DNA of 64,000 bases from Takakia lepidozioides. Lineage: Eukaryota; Plantae; Bryophyta. Under the pieces are notes generated by a model. That model made no database searches, was not told where the DNA came from, and saw only the letters and a list, made by a program, of their open reading frames with translations. Numbering within the stretch: the first letter of the stretch is position 1; each line of letters opens with the position of its first letter. Both the position numbers and the translations under genes were made by a program. This document shows positions 63,709 to 64,000 of the stretch, one piece after another. The stretch lies in contig CM060731.1 in the NCBI GenBank assembly GCA_030704615.1, positions 80,476,001 to 80,540,000 of the forward strand, given 5' to 3'.

Positions 63709-64000
63709 ATGGAGGAGATGTATGGGGCTACCAAGGGGCCACGTAGGTACTCTGGAGCTGTGGGCACCATCGAGCTTGATGACTTTATACAAGAGTTTGA
63801 CAGTTGGTGTGATTTGCAGCAAATGCGCAATCCACAACTGTTTACGCCATTTATGGCGTGGAAGGGGCTATTCCAGCACCTTGAGGGGCCGCCCATGGAT
63901 GATTACCATGAATTTCGGCGGGGACATGCGGTGGAGATTGAGGAGTGGCGAGAGTATTGGTCACCTAACTATGTCTCAATCACAAGAGGCACAAGGGCAG
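63709..64000 (+). CDS. gag: Gag N-terminus of the second element (runs off the window)
   Basis: Open frame homologous to 48764-49050, without the frameshift seen there. Confidence 0.85.
   Translation, partial: MEEMYGATKGPRRYSGAVGTIELDDFIQEFDSWCDLQQMRNPQLFTPFMAWKGLFQHLEGPPMDDYHEFRRGHAVEIEEWREYWSPNYVSITRGTRA

Larger units (their letters stand above)
60564..64000 (+). mobile_element. 5' part of a second, diverged member of the same Ty3 lineage (5' LTR 60564-60984, long leader, gag from 63709)
   Basis: TG...TTATCA LTR of ~421 bp. 63050-63390 is homologous to 48125-48460. Gag MEEMYGATKGPRRYSGAVGTIELDDFIQEFDSWCDLQQMRNPQLF is nearly identical to 48764 onward. Confidence 0.88.

Overview
Eukaryotic plant genomic DNA with GT-AG introns. 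It is probably from a non-seed land plant (inferred from the TE and PPR content) and is mostly nested transposable elements. One intact host gene is clear: a 4-exon cinnamate 4-hydroxylase (CYP73A/C4H, 9863-12534). Two elements stand out. (1) A very young 11.8-kb Ty3/Gypsy retrotransposon (44883-56647) carries a DNMT3-type cytosine methyltransferase between protease and RT, and a PHD finger at the end of integrase. It also has a circularly permuted LTR arrangement (B-internal-A-B-A, AATT TSD), a Tf1-like self-priming site instead of a tRNA PBS, and captured LEA-like and pectinesterase fragments. A second family member starts at 60564, and its priming site shows compensatory changes. (2) A degraded ~19-kb putative giant DNA transposon (~21850-40900) has a Sola-like transposase, an ORF with Pol II CTD-like SPxYxP repeats, a ParB-like plus degenerate amino-methyltransferase-like gene, three FCP1/NIF-type HAD domains, and nine copies of a 26-bp palindrome. 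A 6.3-kb Pack-CACTA carrying PPR and ABCC fragments is inserted in it. The rest is a decayed chromovirus-type Ty3, a split hAT, non-LTR fragments, MITEs and tandem repeats. All family calls are by eye from motifs; no database search was run.
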